Origin: an uncultured Eubacteriales bacterium
GTDB lineage: Bacteria > Acidobacteriota > Aminicenantia > Aminicenantales > Saccharicenantaceae
Reading direction: 5' to 3'
Length of the DNA stretch: 64,000 bases
NCBI GenBank assembly: GCA_964585685.1
Contig: CAZPEP010000068.1
Location: 91,686-155,685, forward strand
Below the pieces are notes generated by a model, which searched no databases, was not told where the DNA came from, and saw only the letters and a program-made list of their open reading frames with translations. Made by a program: the position numbers and the translations under genes. This document shows, piece by piece, positions 1 to 9,929 of this stretch. Positions within the stretch are counted from its first letter, which is position 1; every line of letters starts with the position of its first letter.

Positions 1-475
1 AGGGAGGCTGTCTCTTGGTTATAAAAAATTCACCCCCAACGAAGCCGGGCGCAAGAGTTATTCCGGGCTCGTCGCCGACACGGATATCAATTTCCTGTTT
101 GGGCGGTTCAGCCTGCGCTTCGGCCTCGGCCGTGAAACCTATTTTTCCTATCTCGAGGACGCCTACTATTATGTCGAAAACAGGATGAGCCCTGGGATTT
201 CTTTTTATCTGACCCGGCGGTTCAGGCTCGATTACAACTTCAGGCAGGGGTCGCTCAGATACCCGGAGCCGTTCCGGGTCAACGATCCCGAGGCCGGCCC
301 CACGGAGATCGCCCGGCGGGACATCCACCGGACGCATTCGATCGGCCTTTCGATATTCTTCCTCCGTAAGACCGGTATCCAATTGAGCTACAATATCTTC
401 GAGCGGAACTCCAACGTTCCCGGCTACAACATGAACAGGAATTTTATAGGGCTCAGCCTGACCCAGGATTTCTGA
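1..475 (+). CDS. outer-membrane beta-barrel protein, 3-prime portion (5-prime end lies outside the window)
   Basis: Frame 2 is open from position 2 to the stop at 473-475. The C-terminus ends ...LTQDF, with the terminal Phe typical of OM beta-barrels. It sits immediately upstream of wza-like gene. Confidence 0.55.
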   Translation, partial: GRLSLGYKKFTPNEAGRKSYSGLVADTDINFLFGRFSLRFGLGRETYFSYLEDAYYYVENRMSPGISFYLTRRFRLDYNFRQGSLRYPEPFRVNDPEAGPTEIARRDIHRTHSIGLSIFFLRKTGIQLSYNIFERNSNVPGYNMNRNFIGLSLTQDF

Positions 476-497
476 TCGCCGCATCAAGGAGAATGAT

Positions 498-1343
498 ATG
501 GGCGCTAGATCGATCAAGTTCGCGATGGCGGGCCTCTTGGCCCTGTGTTCCGTCCTCCTGTCCGCGCAGGAGAAGTTCACCCAGGAATACCGGGTCGGGC
601 CCAAGGACCTCCTCGAGATCGCCGTCTTCGGGGCGGACGAGTTGAGCCGGACGGTTCGCGTCTCCGAGGACGGGAAGGTCAGCCTTCCGCTCCTTGGCGA
701 AGTGCTCGTCGATGGCTTGACGAAATCCGAGCTCGAGAAGAAGCTCGCCGACCTCCTGGGAGAGAAGTACGTCCAGAATCCGCAGGTGACCGTCTTCATT
801 CGCGAATACCAGAGCAAGCGGGTCTCCGTCCTGGGCGCGATCGAAAAGCCTGGGCCCTACCAGCTCCTCGGCCGTCAGACGCTCATGCAGATCGTTTCGG
901 AAGCGGGCGGCCTGACCCGCGACGCCGGGAGCGACATCATCATTATCCGCCAGCTCCTCGACGGAACGAGTACCTCGCTCCGCATCTCCATCGACGACCT
1001 CTTCCTCAAGGGCGACGCCAAGCTCAACGTCCCCTTGGAAGCGGGTGACATCGTTAACATTCCGGTGGACAAGATCGTGGCCGTTTACGTCTTTGGCCAG
1101 GTCAAGAACCCGGGCGCCCTTCAGGTCAAGAAGTCCGCGATCCCCACCCTCCTCCAGGCCATCGCCCAGGCTGGCGGCTTCACGGATCGGGCTTCCCGGG
1201 GCGGCGTCGTCATCAAACGGAAGGACGAGACCGGCAAGGCAAAAGAGATCAAGGTCAATGTGAGGAGCATCCTCAATAACAAACAGAAGGACGTCCCGCT
1301 CCTCGAGAACGACACGGTCTACGTCCCGGAATCCCTCTTCTAA
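498..1343 (+). CDS. polysaccharide export protein, Wza/OPX family (Poly_export + SLBB)
   Basis: RBS aaggaga lies 7 nt before the ATG. The protein has a signal peptide and the motif VSLPLLGEVLVDGLTKSELEKKLADLL..QNPQVTVFIREYQSKRVSVLGAIEKPGPYQL, which is typical of the Poly_export domain. Confidence 0.85.
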   Translation: MGARSIKFAMAGLLALCSVLLSAQEKFTQEYRVGPKDLLEIAVFGADELSRTVRVSEDGKVSLPLLGEVLVDGLTKSELEKKLADLLGEKYVQNPQVTVFIREYQSKRVSVLGAIEKPGPYQLLGRQTLMQIVSEAGGLTRDAGSDIIIIRQLLDGTSTSLRISIDDLFLKGDAKLNVPLEAGDIVNIPVDKIVAVYVFGQVKNPGALQVKKSAIPTLLQAIAQAGGFTDRASRGGVVIKRKDETGKAKEIKVNVRSILNNKQKDVPLLENDTVYVPESLF

Positions 1344-1354
1344 GGAATACGGCC

Positions 1355-3673
1355 ATGAACACCACGCTCGAAAGAAAAGAGATCGACCTCCAGGAATATA
1401 TCCACATCGTCCTGAAGAGGAAGAACATCCTCATCGCCTTCACGGCGGTCCTCCTCGTCTTCGTGGGGATCTTCTCGTTCACCGCGACGCGCCTCTATCG
1501 GGCCACAGCGACGATCATGATCGACGAGCCCAGCTCGAACATGCTCAACATCCAAGACATCCTGAGCTCCGGGGCGTATTATCGGTCCGATTACCTGGGG
1601 ACCTACTTCAGCACCCAGCTCAAGCTCCTCACGAGTCGGTCCCTGGCCGAGCGGGTGGCCAGGAAGATGAACTTCCCGACCCGACCTGAGTTCCAGGCAG
1701 CGGCGCGCCCCCGTCCGAACCCCCTCAAGGGCGTCAAGGACCTCGTCACCCTGCGCTGGCTCTTCGACTCGAAGAAGTCCGCCGCTCGTGGCGAACAGCC
1801 CCAGTACAAGCCGAGCCCCTATTCGGCCTATGCCTTCACGGTCCTCGGAGGGCTGAGCGTATCTCCCGTGGAGGAGACCCGGCTCGTCGACATCAGCTAC
1901 ACATCCACGCACCCGGTCCTTGCTGCGGACGTTGTGAATGCCCTGGTCGAGGAGTTCATCACCTACTCGATCGAGACGCGGTACGAGGCCACACAACAGG
2001 CCTCGGAGTTCTTGAGCCAGGAGATCGCCAAACTCCGCGACGACCTCGGCGCGAAGGAACGGGACCTCCAGAGGTACGGCGAGGAGAAGAAACTCCTCTT
2101 CCTCAATAAGGACGAGAGTTCGGTCGTCACCAAGTTCGCCGACGTGAGCTCGGCCCTGACGGAAGCCCAGGTTGACCGCATCAAGAAGGAATCCATGTTC
2201 CGGGAGTTGAAAGGTCTGAGCGTCGATACCCTGCCCCAGTTCATCGATAACTCCCTCATCCAGGGGCTCAAGACCTCCTACACCCAGACCAAGAACGCAT
2301 ACGACGAAAGGATTAAGGTCTTCAAGCCCGACTATCCCGAGATCATCAAGCTCAAGGCCCGGCTGGACAGCATGAAGTCCGAGCTCGAGAGCGAGATCCG
2401 CAAGGCCGTGGACGCCTCCGAGGCCGATTTCCGGGCTGCCCAGAAGAAAGAGGGCTCCCTCCAGAGCATGCTGGAGACGCAGAGGACCGAGGTGTCCAAG
2501 ACCGACAGCAACGCCATCCTGTACAACAGCCTGCGGATCGAGGTGGAGAACATGCGGAATCTCCTGAACTCCCTTACCGCAAAGCAGAACGAGACGCTCG
2601 TTTCGGCCCGGCTCGGGGGGCTCCGGACGAGCAATATCAAGATCATCGACAAGGCGCTCGTCCCCGGCGGTCCGTTCACGCCCGACACCCGGCGCAACCT
2701 CCTCATGGCCCTCCTCGTCGGCCTCATCGGGGGGCTCGGCCTCGTGTTCCTGGTCGAGTACCTGGACAACACGGTCAAGGGCCCCGAGGATGCCGAGAAG
2801 CTCACCGGCCTCCCGTCTCTTGGGATCATCCCGTTCCTCGAGCCCGGCGGCACGAAGAAGCGTGTCGATACTTACGGAGCCTATTCCTACGGGGCGGAGA
2901 ACGCCCCGGCTTCGGAGACCATGCCCGAGGCGAGCGACATCGAGCTCATCAACCACCTCTACCCGAAGTTCTCGATCTCCGAGGACTACCGGACGGTCCG
3001 GACGTCCATCCTGTTCTCCAACGCCGACCGCCAGCCGAAGACGATCTGTTTCACGAGCACGATGCCGCAGGAAGGGAAGACGGCCACGGTCGGGAACATG
3101 GCTGTCTCGTTCGCCCAGCTCGAAGGCAAGGTCCTGCTTGTCGACTGCGACCTGCGCAAGCCGCGGCTCCACAAGGTCTTCAAGGTGCGGAACCTTGTCG
3201 GCCTGAGCGGCTGCCTGACGGGCAAGGTGACGTTCGACGACGCCGTCCAGAAGACGGCCATCGAGAACATCTGGATCCTTCCCAGCGGCCCGCATCCCCC
3301 AAATCCGGCCGAGCTTCTCAACTCCCGGCGGATGAAGGACCTCCTCGCCCTTGTCAAGGACCGGTTCGATTTCGTCCTCCTGGACACGCCCCCGGTCCTG
3401 GCCGTCATCGACCCGGTCATCATCAGCTCGCTCGCCGACTGCACGGTCGTCGTCATCCGGGCCGGAAAGACGACGCGCAAGCCGCTCATCCGGGCGGTCG
3501 AGGAGCTTCGCAAGACCAAGTCCGATATCGTCGGCGTCGTCTTCAACGAGGTCAAGCTCGGTCGCCAGGGGGCCTCAGTGCCGTATTACCATTATTATCA
3601 GTACGAGTATTCCACGAACCCGGAAGACCGGAAGAAGCTTCCGGACGGGAAGGACGCGCGCACCCGGGGATGA
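1355..3673 (+). CDS. Wzc-like polysaccharide co-polymerase / BY tyrosine kinase (PCP-2a)
   Basis: N-terminal Wzz domain with two TM segments. Walker A QEGKTATVGNMAVSFAQ, Walker A-prime VLLVDCDLRKP, Walker B FDFVLLDTPP. C-terminal Tyr cluster YYHYYQYEY. Confidence 0.9.
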   Translation: MNTTLERKEIDLQEYIHIVLKRKNILIAFTAVLLVFVGIFSFTATRLYRATATIMIDEPSSNMLNIQDILSSGAYYRSDYLGTYFSTQLKLLTSRSLAERVARKMNFPTRPEFQAAARPRPNPLKGVKDLVTLRWLFDSKKSAARGEQPQYKPSPYSAYAFTVLGGLSVSPVEETRLVDISYTSTHPVLAADVVNALVEEFITYSIETRYEATQQASEFLSQEIAKLRDDLGAKERDLQRYGEEKKLLFLNKDESSVVTKFADVSSALTEAQVDRIKKESMFRELKGLSVDTLPQFIDNSLIQGLKTSYTQTKNAYDERIKVFKPDYPEIIKLKARLDSMKSELESEIRKAVDASEADFRAAQKKEGSLQSMLETQRTEVSKTDSNAILYNSLRIEVENMRNLLNSLTAKQNETLVSARLGGLRTSNIKIIDKALVPGGPFTPDTRRNLLMALLVGLIGGLGLVFLVEYLDNTVKGPEDAEKLTGLPSLGIIPFLEPGGTKKRVDTYGAYSYGAENAPASETMPEASDIELINHLYPKFSISEDYRTVRTSILFSNADRQPKTICFTSTMPQEGKTATVGNMAVSFAQLEGKVLLVDCDLRKPRLHKVFKVRNLVGLSGCLTGKVTFDDAVQKTAIENIWILPSGPHPPNPAELLNSRRMKDLLALVKDRFDFVLLDTPPVLAVIDPVIISSLADCTVVVIRAGKTTRKPLIRAVEELRKTKSDIVGVVFNEVKLGRQGASVPYYHYYQYEYSTNPEDRKKLPDGKDARTRG

Positions 3674-4476
3674 TCGACCTTCACTGTCATATCCTGCCGG
3701 GCCTGGACGATGGGGCCAGGGACCTGGCCCATGCCGTTGCGATGGCCCGGATCGCCCGCGACGACGGCATCACGCATATCGCGGGGACGCCGCACCTGTA
3801 CAAGGGGAGCTTCGAGTTCCCCGACCTCGGCGTGTTCGACGAGGCCCGTGACCGGCTTGCCGGAGCGCTTCGGGACGAGGGCATCGCCGTTACGATCCTG
3901 CCCGGGGCGGAGGTTCACATCACTCACGGCCTCCTCGGCGAGGTCCGGGCCCGCAGGAAGAGCCTGTCCCTCGCGGGAAGCGCCTACATCATCGTGGAAT
4001 TCCCCCACGATCACGTCTTCTCCGGGGCGAAGGACCTGTTCTTTAACCTCATGAGCGAGGGTGTCATCCCGATCATCGCCCATCCCGAGAGGAACACGAT
4101 GTTCGCCCGATCGCCCAAGCTCCTCTTCGAGCTGGTTGCCATGGGCGCCCTGGCCCAGGTGAACGCCGGGAGTCTGATGGATGCCCACGGCCTTGAGGCG
4201 CGCGAGGCGTCCCGCAAATTCCTGGAGCTGGTCCTTGCGCACTTCATCGGGAGCGACGGCCACAACACCCATTCCAAGGCTCCGAGGCTCGCGGCCGCCA
4301 CGGAGATCGCCGCCGCGGTCATCGGTGAGGCCGGCGCCTCGGCCCTCGTTACGGGTAATCCCCTGGCCGTCATCGAGGATCGGGAGATCCCGTACCGTCC
4401 CGACCCTGTCGATCCCGTGGGGAAGGACAGGAAGCTCAAGTTGAGGATCCCCGGTTTCCTGAGGCCGGGAAAATGA
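3670..4476 (+). CDS. PHP-domain protein-tyrosine phosphatase (CpsB/YwqE type)
   Basis: N-terminus MIDLHCHILPGLDDGA..HIAGTPH is a PHP metal-binding motif. The start overlaps the wzc stop by 4 nt (ATGA). Confidence 0.85.
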   Translation: MIDLHCHILPGLDDGARDLAHAVAMARIARDDGITHIAGTPHLYKGSFEFPDLGVFDEARDRLAGALRDEGIAVTILPGAEVHITHGLLGEVRARRKSLSLAGSAYIIVEFPHDHVFSGAKDLFFNLMSEGVIPIIAHPERNTMFARSPKLLFELVAMGALAQVNAGSLMDAHGLEAREASRKFLELVLAHFIGSDGHNTHSKAPRLAAATEIAAAVIGEAGASALVTGNPLAVIEDREIPYRPDPVDPVGKDRKLKLRIPGFLRPGK

Positions 4477-4498
4477 ACGTACCGGAGCACAGAGAACC

Positions 4499-5962
4499 AT
4501 GAAGATCAAGATCGCCCGTAAAGGATCGGCGTCCCGGCCCGCGGCCCCTCCCGGAACAGGCACGGGAGGAACGGCCAGGATCGTCCAGTACGGCCTCCTG
4601 GCCCTGATCGTCCTCAGTCCGCTCCCCATGGCATCGGTCAATGAATGGTCGATCCTGGTCATCGAGCTCACCGTGCTCGCGATGACCGGGATCTTTATCC
4701 TGGCGAGCGACAAGCCCGCGATCAACCTCCATCTCAAAGCAAGGCTGAAGTGGCCCCGCTACGCTTTCTTTGCTCTTTTTGCCTTCATTGTCTTCCAGGT
4801 CGTACCGCTCCCCGCGTTCCTCGTCCGTATCCTGTCGCCTGGCACCTACGATTTTTATAAGGCCTTTTCGCCGGGCTTTACGGGCAAGGGTTTCCTGAGC
4901 CTCTCAGTCGTCCCGGTCCGGACGTTCCATGAAGGCCTCGAGCTCGCGGCCTATGTCCTCGCTGGGTTTCTCGTCGTCAGGACGGTCACCCGCGGGCGCG
5001 AGATCCGGAGGGTCATCGCCTTCCTCGTCGCGGTGGGCGCGTTCGAGGCGTTCTACGGGCTTTACGAGTTGACCACGGCGAATCCGCACCTCCTCTTCTA
5101 TAAAAAGGTCTATAGCCTGGGCTCCGTGACCGGGACCTTCGTCAACCGGAGCCATCTGGCCGGCTACCTGGAGATGATCATCCCTCTAGCCATCGGGCTC
5201 CTCATCGCCCGGCTGGATTTTTTCTCCCTAGGAGGGGAGGGGCTCAAGGCGAAACTCCTTCATATGACGGGCAAGGGGCTGGTCCCGAACCTCCTCCTCT
5301 TTGCCGCCGTGATCGTCATGTCGCTGGGAGTCCTCTTCTCCCAGTCCCGGGCCGGGATCTTCATCCTGGTATTCACGTTCATCCTGTTCGTCGGGTTCAT
5401 CGTTCTGCATTTCGGCCGCTTCGGGCCCAGGCGGATGTGGCTCAGGAACTTCATCTGGATCACGTTCCTCTTCATTGCGGTCTCCGCCCTCTATATCGGC
5501 GTCGGGTCCACCATCCAGCGCTTCGCCCTCGACGACCTGCTCCGGGAGAGCCGGCCTCTCTTCTGGAGCAACGTGGGCCGCATCATCGCCGCCTTCCCCG
5601 TCTTCGGGAGTGGCCTGGGCGCGTTCGCATCGGTCTATCCGGCCTTCGAGAAGGCCGCCGGGCCGGAATTGCTCCTCACCCACGCTCACAACGATTATCT
5701 CGAATACCTTTCGGAGCTCGGGGCGGTCGGTTTCGTCCTTCTCTTCGGGGCCGTCCTCTTCATCGGTATTTCGTCCTTCCTCGTCTGGCGCGAAAGGAGG
5801 AACCCGGACGTCAAAGGGATCGCCCTCGGCGGGATCATCTCGCTCATCGTCATCCTGGTCCATAGCCTGACGGACTTCAACCTCCACATCCCGGCGAACA
5901 TGCTCCTCTTCGCGATTGTCCTTGCCTTGACCTTCGTCACGGCGTTCTACAGAAAGACATAA
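4499..5962 (+). CDS. Wzy_C / O-antigen ligase family membrane protein (candidate EPS polymerase)
   Basis: Polytopic membrane protein with the Wzy_C signature THAHNDYLEYLSELGAVGF in a periplasmic loop. It follows wza-wzc-wzb. Confidence 0.75.
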   Translation: MKIKIARKGSASRPAAPPGTGTGGTARIVQYGLLALIVLSPLPMASVNEWSILVIELTVLAMTGIFILASDKPAINLHLKARLKWPRYAFFALFAFIVFQVVPLPAFLVRILSPGTYDFYKAFSPGFTGKGFLSLSVVPVRTFHEGLELAAYVLAGFLVVRTVTRGREIRRVIAFLVAVGAFEAFYGLYELTTANPHLLFYKKVYSLGSVTGTFVNRSHLAGYLEMIIPLAIGLLIARLDFFSLGGEGLKAKLLHMTGKGLVPNLLLFAAVIVMSLGVLFSQSRAGIFILVFTFILFVGFIVLHFGRFGPRRMWLRNFIWITFLFIAVSALYIGVGSTIQRFALDDLLRESRPLFWSNVGRIIAAFPVFGSGLGAFASVYPAFEKAAGPELLLTHAHNDYLEYLSELGAVGFVLLFGAVLFIGISSFLVWRERRNPDVKGIALGGIISLIVILVHSLTDFNLHIPANMLLFAIVLALTFVTAFYRKT

Positions 5963-5971
5963 GGTCGTGCC

Positions 5972-7654
5972 ATGAAAAAAGCGCTTTTTCTGGTCGCACT
6001 CGGGCTTCTCGGGCTTGCGGCCGTCTGTTCTTACGCGAACATCCACCTCTATTACAAGGCAAAGGTCGCGACCGACGATCCCGTGGCACGGATTCGCCTG
6101 CTCGAGCGGGCCAACGGCTTCTTCCCCTGGAACGACCTCGTCCATTTCGAGCTCGGCAAGGCCTACTTCGAACGGGGCGTCGAAGACATCGGGAACGTCG
6201 GCCGCCGCGACGCCGATCTCCGGAGGAGCTTCGTGAGCTTCGAACGGTCCCTCCGCCTCGATCCCGGAGCCCTACAGACGCATTTCCAGTTCGCTCAAGC
6301 CCTTCTCTATATGACCTATCTCTCCCTTCCCGGGCCCATCAGCTATTTCGAGGAATTCAAGAAGGCCGCGCTCCTGACCGGACACAATAGCCAGATCTTC
6401 TTCGAGGTCGGCAAGGTCCTGCTATCCCGCTGGCCAAGCCTGTCCCCGGCGGAGCGTGTCTTCACGCGCGACATCCTGAAAAGGATGCTGGCCGGGAGGG
6501 ACAGGGAAAGGCTGGCCGCCGTCCTCCAGGTATGGGACCTGAACGCGCGGGATTACGCGCTCATGGACGCGATCCTGCCCGAGGATCCGGTTACGCTGCG
6601 CCTCTTTGCCCGGTTCCTCGGAGAGAAGACTCTTTCCGTCGAGGCCAGACAGAAGGCCCTCTCCCGGGCCGAGGGTCTTGAGTACGTGACGGCCGCCGGG
6701 GAGTCGGAGTCCGGACAGAGGGCGCTGGATTCGTTCCGGACGGTCGAGGCAGCCACGCATTTTTTGGCCTGCCTGGGCATCCTCAAGAACATCAAGTTCT
6801 ATCAGGCCCTCGCGGGCGAGATCCTGATCGACCCGAAGGAGCATGCCGACATGCGCCGGTCGGCGTATCTCAACCTTGCCAAGTGCCGGATCGAGGAGAC
6901 GCGGAGCCTCGAGAGCGCCGAACCCGACCTCGAAGCCTATCTGTCTCTGGAGGACCGCCCGTCGGCCGTCGGGGACCTCGAGACCTTCCTCAAGGAAAGG
7001 AACGTCCTCCCCGCGGAGCCGGCCCTGAACGCCAAGGACCTCAAGGCTCTCGCCTTCCAGCTTAGGCTAAGCTTCCGGCAGAACCGGTACCGGGATATCA
7101 CGCGATTCGGCGCGTCTCTCGAACAAGGACTCGTCTTCGTCCCCGAGGCCATGAAGCCCGATCTCCTCGAGACGTACGAGATCATCGGCGACGCATTCCA
7201 GAAACTCGATTACCTCTACGAAGCCGAGCGGTTCTACGAAAAGGCACTGGACGGCAGGTCCGGGAGCCTCGCCCTCCTGCTCAAGATCCGGAAGGGCTAT
7301 GAGCGCTTGAACGACGATGCCGGGCTACGGAAGGCCGATGAAGCCATTCGGTCGGCCTTAACCCCCGGGGAACAGGCTCTCGACGGTGCTCCCGTGCCGA
7401 AAGGGATGGAACGGGCCTTTCCGCTGGTCCTCGAAGCCGGCAAGCTCGCCCTGGACTTCGCGTTCGCGGCCTCCGGGGAAGGCCCCGGCCCCCTCGTGAG
7501 CCTGGAGTTCAACGGGCGGGTGGTCTGGGAAGGCCTGATCGGGCCCTCCGGGTGCAGGGTGGAGGCGGAAGCCACCACCGGAACTAACGGCCTCGTTCTC
7601 GGAGCCGTCAGCGGCCCTGTCGTCCCCCTCCGGCTGACCTGGCGGCCTCTCTGA
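5972..7654 (+). CDS. TPR-like repeat protein with N-terminal signal/anchor
   Basis: Signal peptide MKKALFLVALGLLGLAAVC. TPR-like helical repeats (GKAYFERG, FQFAQALLYM etc.). Function unknown. Confidence 0.5.
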   Translation: MKKALFLVALGLLGLAAVCSYANIHLYYKAKVATDDPVARIRLLERANGFFPWNDLVHFELGKAYFERGVEDIGNVGRRDADLRRSFVSFERSLRLDPGALQTHFQFAQALLYMTYLSLPGPISYFEEFKKAALLTGHNSQIFFEVGKVLLSRWPSLSPAERVFTRDILKRMLAGRDRERLAAVLQVWDLNARDYALMDAILPEDPVTLRLFARFLGEKTLSVEARQKALSRAEGLEYVTAAGESESGQRALDSFRTVEAATHFLACLGILKNIKFYQALAGEILIDPKEHADMRRSAYLNLAKCRIEETRSLESAEPDLEAYLSLEDRPSAVGDLETFLKERNVLPAEPALNAKDLKALAFQLRLSFRQNRYRDITRFGASLEQGLVFVPEAMKPDLLETYEIIGDAFQKLDYLYEAERFYEKALDGRSGSLALLLKIRKGYERLNDDAGLRKADEAIRSALTPGEQALDGAPVPKGMERAFPLVLEAGKLALDFAFAASGEGPGPLVSLEFNGRVVWEGLIGPSGCRVEAEATTGTNGLVLGAVSGPVVPLRLTWRPL

Positions 7655-7720
7655 TAATCATGCTTGACATTGGTCTTTGAATGACCTATGATTTTAAAGG
7701 GTTTTCTTAAGGAGGATTCA

Positions 7721-8503
7721 ATGCGTAAAGGTTTGAAATGTAAGGTTTTCTCTTTGGGGCTTGTCGCGGCGATTCTTATCTTGTATTCGCCACAGGTCCT
7801 GAAGGGGCAAGTCCCTGCCAAGGGCAATCTTCTTGGGTTTGTCTATGGCCAGGACAGGACGACGCCCCTCCCGGGCGCCGTTATCATGGTCAAAAACATC
7901 TCGTCGGGCAAGGTCTATGAGAGCGCTGCTTCGGACGGCTTGGGAGTCTTCAAGGTCCAGGGGCTCGAGATCGGCCTGTACGCCCTCGGGGTCATGTCGC
8001 CGGACGGTAGCTACAACTCGACCGACCTGGTCGGGGTCGCGGCCAACGAAACGGCGAAGATCGCCATTGCGCTGAACCCGTACGAGAAGGATGTCCGGGA
8101 AGCCGTCCAGCCGGTCAACAAGGACCAGCAGGAAAAGGGAGAATCCCGGGTCGGACCCGTCTCTGAGTTCATGGCGAACAACGTCCGAGCTGCGGTCTTC
8201 ATCGAGAGGGGCCTCTTGCAAGCGGGCGACAGGATCCATGTCAAGGGCGTGAACACGGACTTCTATCAGGACGCCAGAAACCTCACGGTCCAAGGCGCTT
8301 CCGTCAGAAAGGCCTTGGTCGGAGAGACGTGCGAGATAACCCTCAAACAGGCTTGCGTTCCTGGCGACATCGTTTACGTCGTCTGCAAAAGGGGCGTCCC
8401 GCCATTTTTCCTCGCGCCGCTCGGCATCGCCGCCGTGATCGCGGGCAGTGCCGCCCTGACCCCGAGCGAGACGGAGCAGCCCGCTAGCACCTCCAAGAAC
8501 TGA
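7721..8503 (+). CDS. secreted carboxypeptidase-regulatory-like (CarbopepD_reg) domain protein
   Basis: RBS aaggagg at 7708-7714 and ATG at 7721. Signal peptide present. GAVIMVKNISSGKVYESAASDGLGVFKVQGLEIGLY resembles a CarbopepD_reg beta-sandwich. Confidence 0.5.
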   Translation: MRKGLKCKVFSLGLVAAILILYSPQVLKGQVPAKGNLLGFVYGQDRTTPLPGAVIMVKNISSGKVYESAASDGLGVFKVQGLEIGLYALGVMSPDGSYNSTDLVGVAANETAKIAIALNPYEKDVREAVQPVNKDQQEKGESRVGPVSEFMANNVRAAVFIERGLLQAGDRIHVKGVNTDFYQDARNLTVQGASVRKALVGETCEITLKQACVPGDIVYVVCKRGVPPFFLAPLGIAAVIAGSAALTPSETEQPASTSKN

Positions 8504-8534
8504 CGACACGGCCTTTTTGGAATAAAGATCTTTC

Positions 8535-8564
8535 GGGCCCCGCTCGCAAGGGCGGGGCGTTTTC
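8535..8564 (+). terminator. rho-independent terminator
   Basis: Stem gccccgc / gcggggc with an 8 nt loop, followed by gtttt. Confidence 0.6.
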
Positions 8565-8594
8565 CCCGGAGAGTTTCCCCGAAGTTTTACCCCT

Positions 8595-9851
8595 ATGCCT
8601 TCAGGCTTGGTTCCGACCGCGACCGACCGCCTTCTCGTCGGACTCGCCCGTATCGCGCCGGGGGCCGAAGACCTTGCCAGGTTCCACGGCCTGATCCCGG
8701 GAACCGTCGATTGGGGCGAACTGGTCAAGAGGGCCGACCGTGAGAGCGTCTCTCCGCTCTTGTACCGCAGCCTTAAGCCCTTTGAGGCTTCGGTGCCGGC
8801 GGAGGCCTTGGCCTCCCTCCGAACGGCTTACTATGCCAACGAGGTCCGCAATTTCCGACTCTTTCGCCGGATCGCTCCCCTAATCGATGCCGTAAGCGTT
8901 GCGGGACTCCGAGCCGTCGTCACCAAAGGTGCTCGCCTTGCCCTGACCGTCTATCCGGACATCGGGCTCAGGCCCTTCATGGACATCGATTTCGTGGTCC
9001 ATCCGCGGGATTGGCCGGGTTTAAAAAAGGTCCTCGCCGCGCTGGGGTACGTCCCCGATTTCAAGGGTTACACCCGCCTCCACTCGGGGAACCGGGCACT
9101 CGATTGGACGTTTGCGCCTAATTATCGGCTGGGAGACCTTCTCGTCGAGCTCCATTTCGCCTATCTCGGCCTGCACGTGCCGTTTCGGTCTGAAGAGGAT
9201 TTCTGGGCGTCGGTCGGGAGGATCCGGATCGACGGCACGGACGCCCGCATCATGTCTCCGGAATATGAGTTATGCTATCTGTGCCTGCACGCCCAACAGC
9301 ACTCCTATGCCCGCCTGATGTGGCTCACAGACATCGCCGAGCTCGGTTCGCGGGCGGACATCGATTGGGACAAGGTTGTACGGATCGCCCGGCGGGAGGG
9401 GATCGGGGCCGTCGTCCGCCACGGCTTCGAGCTCGCGAACGCGCTATGGCCCGGAACGATCCCGGGGCGGGTCGTTTCGGAGTTCCGCATGGGAACGCTC
9501 GAATCCATGCTCCTGCCCGCCTTCTGGCCTCCCGGTAGGATCTTCCGCCGGTCCGGTCCGGTTCTCATGCCCTATTACGCGCCGACCTTCTTCGCTCTCC
9601 TCTCCCGGAGAAAACCCCTTCTGGCCGCCAGGACCTTGCTGAGGATCCTTTTTCCGCCCATGGACTGGATCGCCGATTCCTATAACGTCGTCCCCTGGTC
9701 TCCGAAAGCCTGGCTTCAATACGCACTGCGGCTAGTCACGCCGATCACCCTTCTCCTCAAAAAAAGGATGGCGAAGCTTGACCGGTCCGCTGGACCTTCC
9801 GACACGCCCTCCGCACGGACGTATCCTTCGTCGCGTCCCGCCTGTCCTTAG
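8595..9851 (+). CDS. uncharacterised nucleotidyltransferase family protein (NTP_transf_5-like)
   Basis: GLRPFMDIDFVVHPRDW matches the hG[GS]..DhD nucleotidyltransferase motif. Overall similarity is to the PF14907-type family. Confidence 0.5.
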   Translation: MPSGLVPTATDRLLVGLARIAPGAEDLARFHGLIPGTVDWGELVKRADRESVSPLLYRSLKPFEASVPAEALASLRTAYYANEVRNFRLFRRIAPLIDAVSVAGLRAVVTKGARLALTVYPDIGLRPFMDIDFVVHPRDWPGLKKVLAALGYVPDFKGYTRLHSGNRALDWTFAPNYRLGDLLVELHFAYLGLHVPFRSEEDFWASVGRIRIDGTDARIMSPEYELCYLCLHAQQHSYARLMWLTDIAELGSRADIDWDKVVRIARREGIGAVVRHGFELANALWPGTIPGRVVSEFRMGTLESMLLPAFWPPGRIFRRSGPVLMPYYAPTFFALLSRRKPLLAARTLLRILFPPMDWIADSYNVVPWSPKAWLQYALRLVTPITLLLKKRMAKLDRSAGPSDTPSARTYPSSRPACP

Positions 9852-9929
9852 CCAACTCCCCTAAAGACTCCCGCCGGCGGAGCTTCGTTTCCGGACGGCG
9901 GTTTTACTTGGCCGGGAGAATTTGCTAGC

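Noticed and set aside
1340-3295. Long antisense ORFs opposite real genes: 1340-3295 (minus), 3598-4737 (minus), 12165-13295 (minus), 18944-20614 (minus), 20846-22159 (minus), 33696-35186 (minus), 37340-39304 (plus), 38109-39311 (minus), 49783-50901 (minus), 61455-62195 (minus).
   Set aside because: All lie opposite genes with strong family signatures (Wzc, PrfA, HutU, NHL, GlnS, SSS transporter, CstA, K+ channel). Their products are low-complexity R/G/P/D-rich, as expected from GC-rich antisense frames. None has an RBS.
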